From the IMG/VR virus record IMGVR_UViG_3300025646_008465, positions 12,265 to 76,264 of that record: a stretch of 64,000 nt of DNA; one strand, 5' to 3'. Of the stretch, positions 1-8,278 are shown piece after piece. Made by a program: the position numbers and the translations under genes. Under the pieces are notes generated by a model that saw nothing but the letters and a program-made list of their open reading frames with translations, did not search any database and was not told the DNA's origin. Position 1 is the first letter of the stretch; each line of letters opens with the position of its first letter. The DNA is from a virus.

Positions 1-481
1 CAATCATTTTTTGATCTACAACACTCCCAAGAGGTGTAGAAACACCAAGTACGGGAACACTGTTGCTAAACTTAGGGCTGAAACTAATAAGCCCAATAGG
101 ATAATCTGTTTCCAAGAAGTGAGAACCCTCAGTTTCAATAGTGATAATAATTTTTCTTTCATTTGCAAAGTGGGTTAGTTCATTTACTAAAGCAGGATGC
201 ATAGTTGGAGAACCTCCAGTAAGCATCATTTCCGTAATTTCAGGGTGGGCATCGTAAATGTCTACAATGTCCTGAAATGAGTATTTACCTTTTTCAGGGT
301 GAATACTTGTGTACCAAGAATCACACCAACCACCTTCACCAAAGTAGCAACGGTGAGTACATCCTGTTGTACGTACAGCAACAGTAGGACGTCCTGCCCT
401 ACTGCCTTCGGATTGTACGCAAGTATAAAGCTCTACAATTGGAAGCTTTTTACTATAGTCTTCAATTCTTTTTAATGCCAT
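1..481 (-). CDS. queE: 7-carboxy-7-deazaguanine synthase (radical SAM), 3' end runs off the window
   Basis: Manual translation from ATG at 481: MALKRIEDYSKKLPIVELYTCVQSEGSRAGRPTVAVRTTGCTHRCYFGEGGWCDSWY...LTGGSP...IETEG...SPK; adjacent to queD. Confidence 0.9.
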   Translation of the reverse strand, partial: MALKRIEDYSKKLPIVELYTCVQSEGSRAGRPTVAVRTTGCTHRCYFGEGGWCDSWYTSIHPEKGKYSFQDIVDIYDAHPEITEMMLTGGSPTMHPALVNELTHFANERKIIITIETEGSHFLETDYPIGLISFSPKFSNSVPVLGVSTPLGSVVDQKMI

Positions 482-483
482 AA

Positions 484-948
484 TTAATTTTTATAAATTG
501 CGCTGTTGCGTCCGTGTTCCATAAATTCAACTTGAACTATTTTTACACGACCATCAGTTTCTTCTTCAATAAACGTATTAAGTTTATCATAAACATATTT
601 AGCAAACTGCTCAGCTCCAACAGCTGGGAGTACTCTTACTTGGGCTAAGCCATGATCCCCCATAGCTTTCCAACCATTTAGGTAAGGATCATCTTCAGCA
701 ACTACTAAAGTATGGTCAAACATATAATCCATCCATTCTTTAGGATTCATACCATCAATAGTTCCTTTAGCACGTTTCATACCTCCAAAGTCCCAAACCC
801 AATTACGTTCATCGAGTTCACCTTCGAACCATACTTTAAAACTTACTCCGTAACCATGAAGAAATCTACAATGTGTTCCTTCGGCTCTCCACTGACGGAA
901 TACACAACTAAAACCGTCAAATACTTTTGTTGATTGAAATTTACTCAT
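484..948 (-). CDS. queD: 6-carboxy-5,6,7,8-tetrahydropterin synthase
   Basis: CRFLHGY, WDFGG, FDHT and AEQFA motifs of the PTPS/QueD family. Confidence 0.9.
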   Translation of the reverse strand: MSKFQSTKVFDGFSCVFRQWRAEGTHCRFLHGYGVSFKVWFEGELDERNWVWDFGGMKRAKGTIDGMNPKEWMDYMFDHTLVVAEDDPYLNGWKAMGDHGLAQVRVLPAVGAEQFAKYVYDKLNTFIEEETDGRVKIVQVEFMEHGRNSAIYKN

Positions 949-1186
949 TAATAAAACTAATTACGTCGTTATAACTTCTATTTCCACTAAATCTACGAAC
1001 TTCTTGCCCGTTTTCCACGAGTACTACTGTGGGGATATTTCGAATTCCAAATTGGGTAGTTAAACTAGGTTCATTATCGATGTTAACCTTAGTTACTGAG
1101 ATTTGTTCTGATACCCTTTTCATTGTAGGGCCTAGTGCTTTACAAGGCATACACCAATCTGCACTAAAATAGTAAATTTGTTTCAT
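941..1186 (-). CDS. thioredoxin
   Basis: FSADWCMPCK and IRNIPT motifs. Confidence 0.9.
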   Translation of the reverse strand: MKQIYYFSADWCMPCKALGPTMKRVSEQISVTKVNIDNEPSLTTQFGIRNIPTVVLVENGQEVRRFSGNRSYNDVISFINE

Positions 1187-1383
1187 AATTCTGATTCTTT
1201 AATTAATTCTGTTCCGTGTTCACGGAGCAACATTTTTGTGTTTTCCATAAATAATGGTTTAGCTTCAGACCAATCATCTGAATATTCAGGGTAACCACTT
1301 TTTAATCCAATAAATGCTCTACCATTTTTATCAACAACAACATATGTTTCAGGTTGAATTGGTTTGTGGCGTTTTCTTATCAT
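1183..1383 (-). CDS. hypothetical protein
   Basis: 66-aa ORF with ATGA overlaps at both ends. Confidence 0.7.
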   Translation of the reverse strand: MIRKRHKPIQPETYVVVDKNGRAFIGLKSGYPEYSDDWSEAKPLFMENTKMLLREHGTELIKESEL

Positions 1384-1748
1384 ACTAGTTCTTCTATAAT
1401 TCCAATAATTTCACTAAATATAAGAATAATTGTTGCGGCTACCAAATTAAATGGGATAAGTGCGTATCCTAAGATACGCACACCCGATTTAATAAAACTT
1501 ACATAACGATGCCATTTTTGGTTAGGCATATGTTTAAACTGAATGTCTTTATGAGGTTCTTGCCACATTGTAGTTTGACCATTTGTGCTTGTAGTATTCC
1601 ATGTTTTAATACTATCGTCGTGGTTATAATTTTTACGTTGTTCCATTAATTTCTGATGTAATTCCCAATTAATAATACTATTGTCGTGGTTATATTTATC
1701 ATTTTTCCAGTAAGTGCCTCTACGAGCTTCTGTAATTCCATCACTCAT
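1380..1748 (-). CDS. hypothetical protein with C-terminal hydrophobic segment
   Basis: Start moved to ATG 1748, overlapping the queC stop; internal YNHDxSI duplication. Confidence 0.6.
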   Translation of the reverse strand: MSDGITEARRGTYWKNDKYNHDNSIINWELHQKLMEQRKNYNHDDSIKTWNTTSTNGQTTMWQEPHKDIQFKHMPNQKWHRYVSFIKSGVRILGYALIPFNLVAATIILIFSEIIGIIEELV

Positions 1749-2595
1749 GGCTAGCAAGTACTTTAGATACGTGTTCAACAACTGTTTCCCAACGTACAGG
1801 ACCTGTCTCGTCTGCATAAAGTACAGGATCAGGGCGTCCTAATTTTAGAAAAGCTTCTACACGTTCAACTGATGATGCTGATTTGTAATCACTATACCAA
1901 GAATAAGCATTGGTTTCGGGGCGATGGTAAACTTTAATTGGTTTGTAAGAGGTGTTTGTACGTGAATAAACCTCATCAAAATCAATTTCTAAATAATCAC
2001 ATAACCATTCTCCATCTTGTAGGATAGTAAATTTATCACCATCTAAATAAGGAGTATAAATATGAACTCGTTCTGAACCCCAATTGCCTTCGCGGAATGC
2101 TTCAAAATCCAAATCGCGGAATTCTTGACGGCAATCTGGATAAATTGCGTGATCACCAGCATGAATTCCCATCGCAATTACTGTGTTTTCTCCTGTTTTA
2201 TCTGCGATTGAAAGTGCTACTGCCTGGATGATTGAAGCAAATATTTTGTTGCGGTTAGGGACAACAGTTGCTTTCATATTTTCTTCAGCATAGTGTCCTT
2301 CAGGTACATCATCTCCACCTTCTACCAAAGCAGAATTCAGTAGGTCTGTTAAACCATCTAATTTGATTACTCGATAGCGAACATCATAACCACTAACTTT
2401 TAAATAGTTAACTAGTTCTTGAGCGCGCTCTAATTCAACTCGGTGTTTTTGTCCGTAATCAAAAGACAAAGCCGTTACTGTTTCAAATTCCTTGATACAT
2501 TTAAGTAACAAAGTACTCGAATCCATACCACCTGAAAGTGATACTACTGCGTGTTTCGCATTTAATTTACCTAATTGGTTGTCTGTAAATAACAT
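1741..2595 (-). CDS. queC: 7-cyano-7-deazaguanine synthase
   Basis: SLSGGMDSS PP-loop, FDYGQKH, VVPNRN, YPDCR. Confidence 0.95.
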   Translation of the reverse strand: MLFTDNQLGKLNAKHAVVSLSGGMDSSTLLLKCIKEFETVTALSFDYGQKHRVELERAQELVNYLKVSGYDVRYRVIKLDGLTDLLNSALVEGGDDVPEGHYAEENMKATVVPNRNKIFASIIQAVALSIADKTGENTVIAMGIHAGDHAIYPDCRQEFRDLDFEAFREGNWGSERVHIYTPYLDGDKFTILQDGEWLCDYLEIDFDEVYSRTNTSYKPIKVYHRPETNAYSWYSDYKSASSVERVEAFLKLGRPDPVLYADETGPVRWETVVEHVSKVLASHE

Positions 2596-2614
2596 AAATT
2601 TAAAATATTAAATG

Positions 2615-2647
2615 AGCCAGGTATTTTAGAGCGTATAGGCTTACGCT
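2615..2647 (-). promoter_or_regulatory. candidate H-type pseudoknot in the queC leader
   Basis: RNA AGCGUA-AGCCUA-UACGCU-CUAAAAUACCU-GGCU: stem, A-rich linker, then GGCU complementary to loop AGCC; 20 nt before the queC ATG. Confidence 0.35.
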
Positions 2648-3141
2648 ATATTTAATTTTCTTTCTAGTCGTGCAAATTCTGGGTCAATAACATCATCCCA
2701 ATACCATTCACCTTCATAATCATCTTCTGACTCGGGTTCAGTTTCTAAAGTCAAGTATTGACCAGCATCTGTAATTTTAATAACACCAATAGGGTCATAT
2801 GCTTCATCCCAGTAACGTGCTGTAAATATAATATCAGGATCAATAGCAACCAACTGTCGGTGCATTTCTTTTAGCATATCTGAGGGAGGATACCAAGCTG
2901 ATTCTAAACTAAATTCAAATGTATTATCGTCTGATTGGTAATCTTCATATTTTTTTACCCATTTAGATCCTACTCGATCGATAAAGTTTTCAGCTTCAGC
3001 ACCAAAAACATCTATAATATGGGGAGTATCTTGGGTGTTAGGGTATTCTTGGTCATTACAGTTTTCGTAACGACTTACAAAGTAATCAATAGCAGCGGTT
3101 GTGCCACTAATCTTAACTTCTGTTCTACAAATATTTGCCAT
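2641..3141 (-). CDS. DUF1281/YubB (Api92)-like ferredoxin-fold protein
   Basis: MANIC start and FSLESAWYPP motif. Confidence 0.55.
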   Translation of the reverse strand: MANICRTEVKISGTTAAIDYFVSRYENCNDQEYPNTQDTPHIIDVFGAEAENFIDRVGSKWVKKYEDYQSDDNTFEFSLESAWYPPSDMLKEMHRQLVAIDPDIIFTARYWDEAYDPIGVIKITDAGQYLTLETEPESEDDYEGEWYWDDVIDPEFARLERKLNIA

Positions 3142-3152
3142 TGTTTTATTTA

Positions 3153-3392
3153 TTAAAAGGGTAAATCATCATCATCCCAATCTGATTGAATATTTCCTGA
3201 TTGTTTAGCTTGGAAATATTCATCTAAAAAAGGTTTTGGATACATCATTACTTTTCCTGTGTATCTAGGGTTTGAAATTTCTTTGGTTTCAAATCCAACT
3301 TTTGCGTGAGCAGCTGCTTCAGCTACTTGTTTACCTAGATTTTCACCAGCGGCATGTCCTAGGTAATCGTATAAACTTAACATTTCATTCAT
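3153..3392 (-). CDS. hypothetical protein
   Basis: 79-aa ORF ending DDDDLPF; ATGA overlap with upstream gene. Confidence 0.7.
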   Translation of the reverse strand: MNEMLSLYDYLGHAAGENLGKQVAEAAAHAKVGFETKEISNPRYTGKVMMYPKPFLDEYFQAKQSGNIQSDWDDDDLPF

Positions 3393-4177
3393 AACTCGTT
3401 AATTTCTCTAAATTTATTTAAATTGTGGGTAAGTAATTCATAATCAACTTGATCACCAAGCATATACAAATAATCATTCATATTTGCTTTTGGTTTTTCA
3501 GTTAATCCTGAGTTTGTGTATCGAATACCTTCTAAAGCCGCCATTACTGGGTTTGAAGTATCGATTGATTCAATGAATTTGTATTCTCTATACCAACCAA
3601 ATTCTTGGGGTACAGCACAACCAAGTAAATGTACTCGGTCATTATCGTGAATAACTTTAGTTTTATATAAAGCAGCAATCACTGATAAGCGACCTAATGC
3701 TTTACCTAAAGCTTTATTTGGGTGAGGAACAACATCGTTATAGTAAGATGCTCCATATGAAAAAGCAATTTTTTGATAACCTAAATCTCGATAGGTTTGA
3801 TAGCAAACTGAGGCTTCATGAATAGTTTGTGCTTGAACTACTGCTACTTTAGTAGTATTTTTAGGCATAATAACCTTTGACCAAGATCTAGCATTTACAA
3901 TAGATGATGTTTTATCTTCCCAAACATCAGGAACAATAAATTCATCAGGTTCCAATTCATTAACCCAATACATCAAACGATCTGAGTTATAAGCATGGCC
4001 TAACTCGTGAAGTGAGTTATCCATAATAATATAACGACCTGCTGCTTTAGCCCTACGAAAATATTCTAGATATTCAGGTTCTGAATCGAATAAATGGGGG
4101 AGGGCATAATCATAATCGTTGAAATGGATGCTATCATCTAGCAAACATAGGGGGGTTTCATGACTTACTTTTACCAT
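3389..4177 (-). CDS. tRNA-guanine transglycosylase-fold protein, probable DpdA-type DNA deazaguanine insertase
   Basis: IIMDNS, IVPDV, AVVQ, VHLLG, SIDTS motifs in TGT order; inside the que cluster. Confidence 0.6.
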   Translation of the reverse strand: MVKVSHETPLCLLDDSIHFNDYDYALPHLFDSEPEYLEYFRRAKAAGRYIIMDNSLHELGHAYNSDRLMYWVNELEPDEFIVPDVWEDKTSSIVNARSWSKVIMPKNTTKVAVVQAQTIHEASVCYQTYRDLGYQKIAFSYGASYYNDVVPHPNKALGKALGRLSVIAALYKTKVIHDNDRVHLLGCAVPQEFGWYREYKFIESIDTSNPVMAALEGIRYTNSGLTEKPKANMNDYLYMLGDQVDYELLTHNLNKFREINEL

Positions 4178-4307
4178 AACTTTTTACTTTGTAATAAATA
4201 TAAGAAATTGTTGGGAATACTCCAAACCCACTTGCTAGAAGTGTGAAAAGATTTGGGTGCCAATGTTCACCACAGAATCCTAAACTATGTTTAATTACTT
4301 CAATCAC
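4158..4307 (-). CDS. small membrane protein (49 aa, not in the ORF track)
   Basis: GTG start overlapping the thyX TGA (GTGA); MIEVIKHSLGFCGEHWHPNLFTLLASGFGVFPTISYIYYKVKSYGKSKS. Confidence 0.6.
   Translation of the reverse strand: MIEVIKHSLGFCGEHWHPNLFTLLASGFGVFPTISYIYYKVKSYGKSKS
4195..4226 (-). promoter_or_regulatory. Bacteroidetes-type housekeeping promoter
   Basis: TTTG-N20-TATATTTA upstream of the TGT-like gene. Confidence 0.6.
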
Positions 4308-4939
4308 AGGTTAAAGGCTTTGATTGTTTTTTCAAACGGGTTACCTTCAATATTTTTAACTAGGTCAAGCATCTCTTGAGCCAATCGTTGTACTTCTTTT
4401 TGTGCGTGATCACTATTACGCAATTGTTGGAAGTGATAAAACGAACGCCAGTTAAACATAACATCCATTGTAATCTGGGAATTAAATGTTTTAAAGAATC
4501 GAGCTGATTCCTTAGCGCGTTTACGTCCTAGAATAGGAGTAAAATATTCAAGTGATTCGTGGTACAATTTATTTCCTTGCTCAGCGTAATCACGAAGTTT
4601 ATTTACCCAACTATTGCTCCAATCATAAGGAATGTACATTTTATCTTCCTTAAGTTCTTTGTAACGCGCACTTTCACCGTTTATACTAACGCCAATTCGG
4701 TGTTTGAGCAAATGTATGTGAGTTGCTTGGTCTACCGTTACAAGGAAGTGTAGACCGGATTTTTCAAATGGGGTGTGGTGCCCCTCACTCGCTAACATTG
4801 TAAGTAGTTTATCTACTCGTCCTAGTTTTTCCTCAGTTAGATCTCGTGAGGTTGAAGTCCAAGCTGATTGAGCATGAACCAAATCGCTACCATAATATCC
4901 AAGTAGCTCTACTTTATTATCTTCGTGTGATGGGAACAT
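4304..4939 (-). CDS. thyX: flavin-dependent thymidylate synthase
   Basis: HHTPFE, KHRIGVSINGESARY, ESARF, NWRSFYHFQQLR, HAQKE. Confidence 0.93.
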   Translation of the reverse strand: MFPSHEDNKVELLGYYGSDLVHAQSAWTSTSRDLTEEKLGRVDKLLTMLASEGHHTPFEKSGLHFLVTVDQATHIHLLKHRIGVSINGESARYKELKEDKMYIPYDWSNSWVNKLRDYAEQGNKLYHESLEYFTPILGRKRAKESARFFKTFNSQITMDVMFNWRSFYHFQQLRNSDHAQKEVQRLAQEMLDLVKNIEGNPFEKTIKAFNL

Positions 4940-4942
4940 AAT

Positions 4943-5536
4943 TTAAAATATTTCATTTTTACGAGGGCGTCCTCGTTTACGTTTTGGTTGTTGTAATTCA
5001 GGGGGTAAAGTTACTTTTTTAGGACGACCACGCATTTTTTTTCTGTTTTCAGCGGGGGTTGTATAGAGAAAACTTTCAGCATAATTATAAAAATCAAGAA
5101 TAGTACCATTAAACCTAAGAAATTTTTCCTCTAATTCCTCACGAGTGATTTTATACGCTGAGGTAAAAGCATCATATAGAGCTTCCATACGAGAGGTTTC
5201 TTCTTTCTCATAATCCTCCATTAAACGTTTGTGGCGAGCAAAATCTACAGCACAAATTTCCATTTGGTATTTCATATCGTGCTTTTCTAGATCTAATTTA
5301 TCTTTAGCAGTATACAAGGATAGTTGAGCTTGCCAAAAATAAGATGAAGGATTAAATTCACCATTCAAAATACGATCTTTGAGCATGGCACGTTTGCCTA
5401 GTGGTACAACTTTGTCAGTGTGTGTACGCCACCACATAAATTTGTTGTAGTTGAGGGGTTGGAGTTTGTTGACATGTTCCATGACAACCTCTCGACTATG
5501 TCTAATTGAACTTTCTTTTGCGAATCTCCAAGCCAT
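4943..5536 (-). CDS. hypothetical protein with two C-terminal AT-hook motifs
   Basis: MRGRPKK and KRGRPRK. Confidence 0.65.
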   Translation of the reverse strand: MAWRFAKESSIRHSREVVMEHVNKLQPLNYNKFMWWRTHTDKVVPLGKRAMLKDRILNGEFNPSSYFWQAQLSLYTAKDKLDLEKHDMKYQMEICAVDFARHKRLMEDYEKEETSRMEALYDAFTSAYKITREELEEKFLRFNGTILDFYNYAESFLYTTPAENRKKMRGRPKKVTLPPELQQPKRKRGRPRKNEIF

Positions 5537-5538
5537 AC

Positions 5539-5730
5539 TTACAATGTATCACCTTTTTTAGAGTTCTCCAAATCTTCTTCAGCATATTTTAAAGCTTCTT
5601 CAAGAATCTTTTTAACTGAAGGGCTGATTTCGTTTTCACTGTAATTTAAAATACCTTTAATAACGCCCATTAATCGACCTGATACTGAGGCGTAAGCTAG
5701 TGCTGTTTTTTCTAAACTCATATTACTCAA
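5539..5730 (-). CDS. hypothetical protein
   Basis: 63-aa ORF tightly packed in the operon. Confidence 0.6.
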   Translation of the reverse strand: MSNMSLEKTALAYASVSGRLMGVIKGILNYSENEISPSVKKILEEALKYAEEDLENSKKGDTL

Positions 5731-5734
5731 AAAT

Positions 5735-6001
5735 TTAAAAACGACCTAAATGTGAATTAAATTCATCCATTTCAATCTGTTGTTCTCGATTTTTACGAAT
5801 TTTATTTAATTCCTCCATTCGAAGAACTGTTTTATAATCAAAAATATAATTTTTTAATGCGTTCATTTTTTCAACCATTTCTTTATTATCTGAAAGGTAC
5901 ATTTGCATGTCTGAGAGATTAGATGCAATTCGCATTAATACGTCCTGTGTGTCAAAAAGTGAAATTTCACCGTACGTTGTTTGGAATTCTTGTTTTGTCA
6001 T
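5735..6001 (-). CDS. hypothetical protein
   Basis: 88-aa ORF directly downstream of the host-type promoter at 6025-6056. Confidence 0.7.
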   Translation of the reverse strand: MTKQEFQTTYGEISLFDTQDVLMRIASNLSDMQMYLSDNKEMVEKMNALKNYIFDYKTVLRMEELNKIRKNREQQIEMDEFNSHLGRF

Positions 6002-6024
6002 AACTCTTATTTTTTTCTATGATG

Positions 6025-6056
6025 TAAATATACAAACGAAATTTCAGGAAGCCAAA
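6025..6056 (-). promoter_or_regulatory. Bacteroidetes-type housekeeping promoter
   Basis: TTTG-N20-TATATTTA. Confidence 0.75.
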
Positions 6057-6062
6057 TTTTTA

Positions 6063-6103
6063 ATATGACGTTTTTAAAGAATTTTATATGACGTTAAAAT
6101 GAC
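6063..6103. repeat. direct repeats ATATGACGTT x2 plus ATGAC (possible operator)
   Basis: Copies at 6063-6072, 6086-6095 and 6099-6103 in the divergent intergenic gap. Confidence 0.55.
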
Positions 6104-6106
6104 TAG

Positions 6107-6114
6107 TATTTATA
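6107..6114 (+). promoter_or_regulatory. putative late promoter TATTTATA
   Basis: Same motif precedes the structural genes; here on the + strand before the only + gene. Confidence 0.55.
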
Positions 6115-6150
6115 CACGTAATATTAGTTTAACCCTAAAACCAAAAAACA

Positions 6151-6366
6151 ATGAAAAAATTATTATTAATTGGGGTTGCGTTAGTTATGACTGCTTGTTC
6201 ATCTACTAATTTTGTAACTCATGATGTGCATGAGAGCCCAAAAACAACACGACAAGCATTGATTTATGAGGACCACGTTGTTATAGTTACTAGAACTAAA
6301 TTAACGTTGGATGAGTATAATAGGATGGTTGCGTCAACAGTACAAAATAGAGAGGAGCGCCGTTAA
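6151..6366 (+). CDS. small lipoprotein
   Basis: MKKLLLIGVALVMTA-C lipobox signal peptide; own promoter and terminator. Confidence 0.8.
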   Translation: MKKLLLIGVALVMTACSSTNFVTHDVHESPKTTRQALIYEDHVVIVTRTKLTLDEYNRMVASTVQNREERR

Positions 6367-6379
6367 GCGCTCCTTTTTT
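6353..6379 (+). terminator. intrinsic terminator
   Basis: AGGAGCGC-CGTTAA-GCGCTCCT followed by a T run, between convergent genes. Confidence 0.8.
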
Positions 6380-6401
6380 CTCTATTGACAGGGCAGGGGA
6401 T

Positions 6402-6965
6402 TTAAAATGGATTTCCCATTAATGTTTTAGTATGTTTTTCTCCACCAATATAACGTGAGTAAGTTCCATCGCCATTCATCTCGATAGCTTTACCTTTCAT
6501 TACTTTTTCAATAGTTTCTTTATCTGTAACTACAGGCACACCTTTTGCTATTAAAATATCTTTTAACTTACCTGATACTTCAACATAATGTCCTGGTTCT
6601 TTAAGCATGATTGCTGTAATATTGATAGCAGCGGATTTAGCAGGTGAGGAACCATCATGACCCATAGCAACTGCTTTACTCCCACCTCCACGATTTTTAT
6701 CTACTTTAACAGCATCAAAATCATCGTCATCATCTAAATCAATAACAGTATAAGTAGCATCTCCTTCAGCACCTACAACATCATCTGGGGATTTATAGTT
6801 AGGGTGACCACCTAAAGGAGCATAGGCATTGTTAATGAGATTGAAAATCTCCTCAGCAAATTCATCTTGTTCCTCAGGAGTAAGATCAAACCATACATTT
6901 TTTTCAAATCCAGTTTCCTTAAGGAGAGGATTATTTTTTAAATATGCTCTGTAATCGAATGACAT
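6402..6965 (-). CDS. hypothetical protein, possible internal head protein
   Basis: Start at MSFDYRAYLKNNPLLKE; N-terminus resembles that of the neighbouring gene. Confidence 0.6.
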   Translation of the reverse strand: MSFDYRAYLKNNPLLKETGFEKNVWFDLTPEEQDEFAEEIFNLINNAYAPLGGHPNYKSPDDVVGAEGDATYTVIDLDDDDDFDAVKVDKNRGGGSKAVAMGHDGSSPAKSAAINITAIMLKEPGHYVEVSGKLKDILIAKGVPVVTDKETIEKVMKGKAIEMNGDGTYSRYIGGEKHTKTLMGNPF

Positions 6966-6967
6966 AA

Positions 6968-7450
6968 TTAATCGGGATTTGACCAACCTTTATAAAAATC
7001 GGCTTCTCTTTTAGATTCGTCTTTTAAACCTTGTTGCATGTAGTTAACTATCATTTTAACCGTAGCTAAATTAATAGGTCTTTTCTTTAAACTCATATCA
7101 ATGTTACTTCTTCCTACTACACCAACATTATAATTCGGTTCAACTCCAAATAATTGAGCAATAGGTTCAATAGATCTACGATACCCACCAGCACTACTGA
7201 ATAGGTATTTACCATCTTCAACAGCAATTGAAAATCCTTGAGCACTTCTACTATTATAGAAACGATCACCTGGTTTACTATCTGGGTATACTCTTAATCT
7301 TATTTGATCACCATAGTTGTTAGGATCAGGTTCTACCATTACTCCTAAAACATCTATTAGTTTTTGAGCTTCTACTTCTGCCTCTGTTGGATCAACAGCT
7401 TCATGAAGTTTACCTTCAGCTAAATATTTTTTTAAATCAAAATTGCTCAT
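6968..7450 (-). CDS. hypothetical protein, possible internal head protein
   Basis: MSNFDLKKYLAEGKLHE leader; late motif at 7467-7474. Confidence 0.65.
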   Translation of the reverse strand: MSNFDLKKYLAEGKLHEAVDPTEAEVEAQKLIDVLGVMVEPDPNNYGDQIRLRVYPDSKPGDRFYNSRSAQGFSIAVEDGKYLFSSAGGYRRSIEPIAQLFGVEPNYNVGVVGRSNIDMSLKKRPINLATVKMIVNYMQQGLKDESKREADFYKGWSNPD

Positions 7451-7935
7451 TACGCTATATATTTGTTATAAATATGCTCAAAATCAATAAGAGGTATCCT
7501 ATGTCCCATTCCTTCGATTTCCTCAATATCACAATAAAATAAGGCATCATCAAGAATTTCTTTAGTAATTAAAGGATTAATAACATCATCTTCAAGACCT
7601 AAAATAACAACTGGTTGGAAATTAAAATTAGGTTCTCTAGCTTCTAATCTATCCAATTTAGGTTCTATTGAACGTGAGTGAATAGCAGGGTTAAAAGCAA
7701 CAACTGGGATATTGAAATAATTACCTAAAAGCAAAGCGGCATGACCACCCATACTAGAACCAATAATAACATCAGGTTTAAATGCTTGAACCATCTTCAT
7801 CAAATGTTTTTCAACATTAATATCTCGATAATCCATAGCAGGAGCAAAACAATCAGATACCTCGTGGAGGAAATCTACTTTACTGCTAGTATTAGAACTT
7901 TCTAAACCGTGTAAATATAAAACTCTTTTTCTCAT
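7450..7935 (-). CDS. YqiA/UPF0227-like alpha/beta hydrolase (esterase)
   Basis: YLHGLESS, GSSMGG nucleophile elbow, FNPA, DDVI, GH. Confidence 0.85.
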   Translation of the reverse strand: MRKRVLYLHGLESSNTSSKVDFLHEVSDCFAPAMDYRDINVEKHLMKMVQAFKPDVIIGSSMGGHAALLLGNYFNIPVVAFNPAIHSRSIEPKLDRLEAREPNFNFQPVVILGLEDDVINPLITKEILDDALFYCDIEEIEGMGHRIPLIDFEHIYNKYIA

Positions 7936-7951
7936 AACTCTTATTGCGGGG

Positions 7952-7983
7952 TAAATATACGAAGGGGATCTAGCATAGCCAAA
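7952..7983 (-). promoter_or_regulatory. Bacteroidetes-type housekeeping promoter overlapping a hairpin
   Basis: TTTG-N20-TATATTTA inside the GGGGAT...ATCCCC inverted repeat (7964-7988). Confidence 0.75.
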
Positions 7984-8010
7984 TCCCCTCGCAAATTTCT
8001 TTAAGAAAGA

Positions 8011-8277
8011 TTACTGTTGTACTCCCTCTAAGAATACTAAACCACCAGCAGCTTGAATAGCAGCTTTACCAGCAGCAAAATCAGCTTGTTCAGCTTGTAA
8101 TACTAAACCCATTACTTCAACACAATGTGTTTCATCTTCAGCTCCAAAAAAAGCAACACCAAAGTCACTATCTTCAGGAAAAGCAATAATGTATTTAGAG
8201 TCTACTACAGCTACTGATCCTTCAGTTTCAGGGGCTACTACAGAAATAGCTCCATTTTCTTTAATTACGTGTACCAT
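8011..8277 (-). CDS. hypothetical protein
   Basis: 88-aa ORF, last gene of the lysis/sensor run. Confidence 0.7.
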   Translation of the reverse strand: MVHVIKENGAISVVAPETEGSVAVVDSKYIIAFPEDSDFGVAFFGAEDETHCVEVMGLVLQAEQADFAAGKAAIQAAGGLVFLEGVQQ

Positions 8278-8278
8278 G

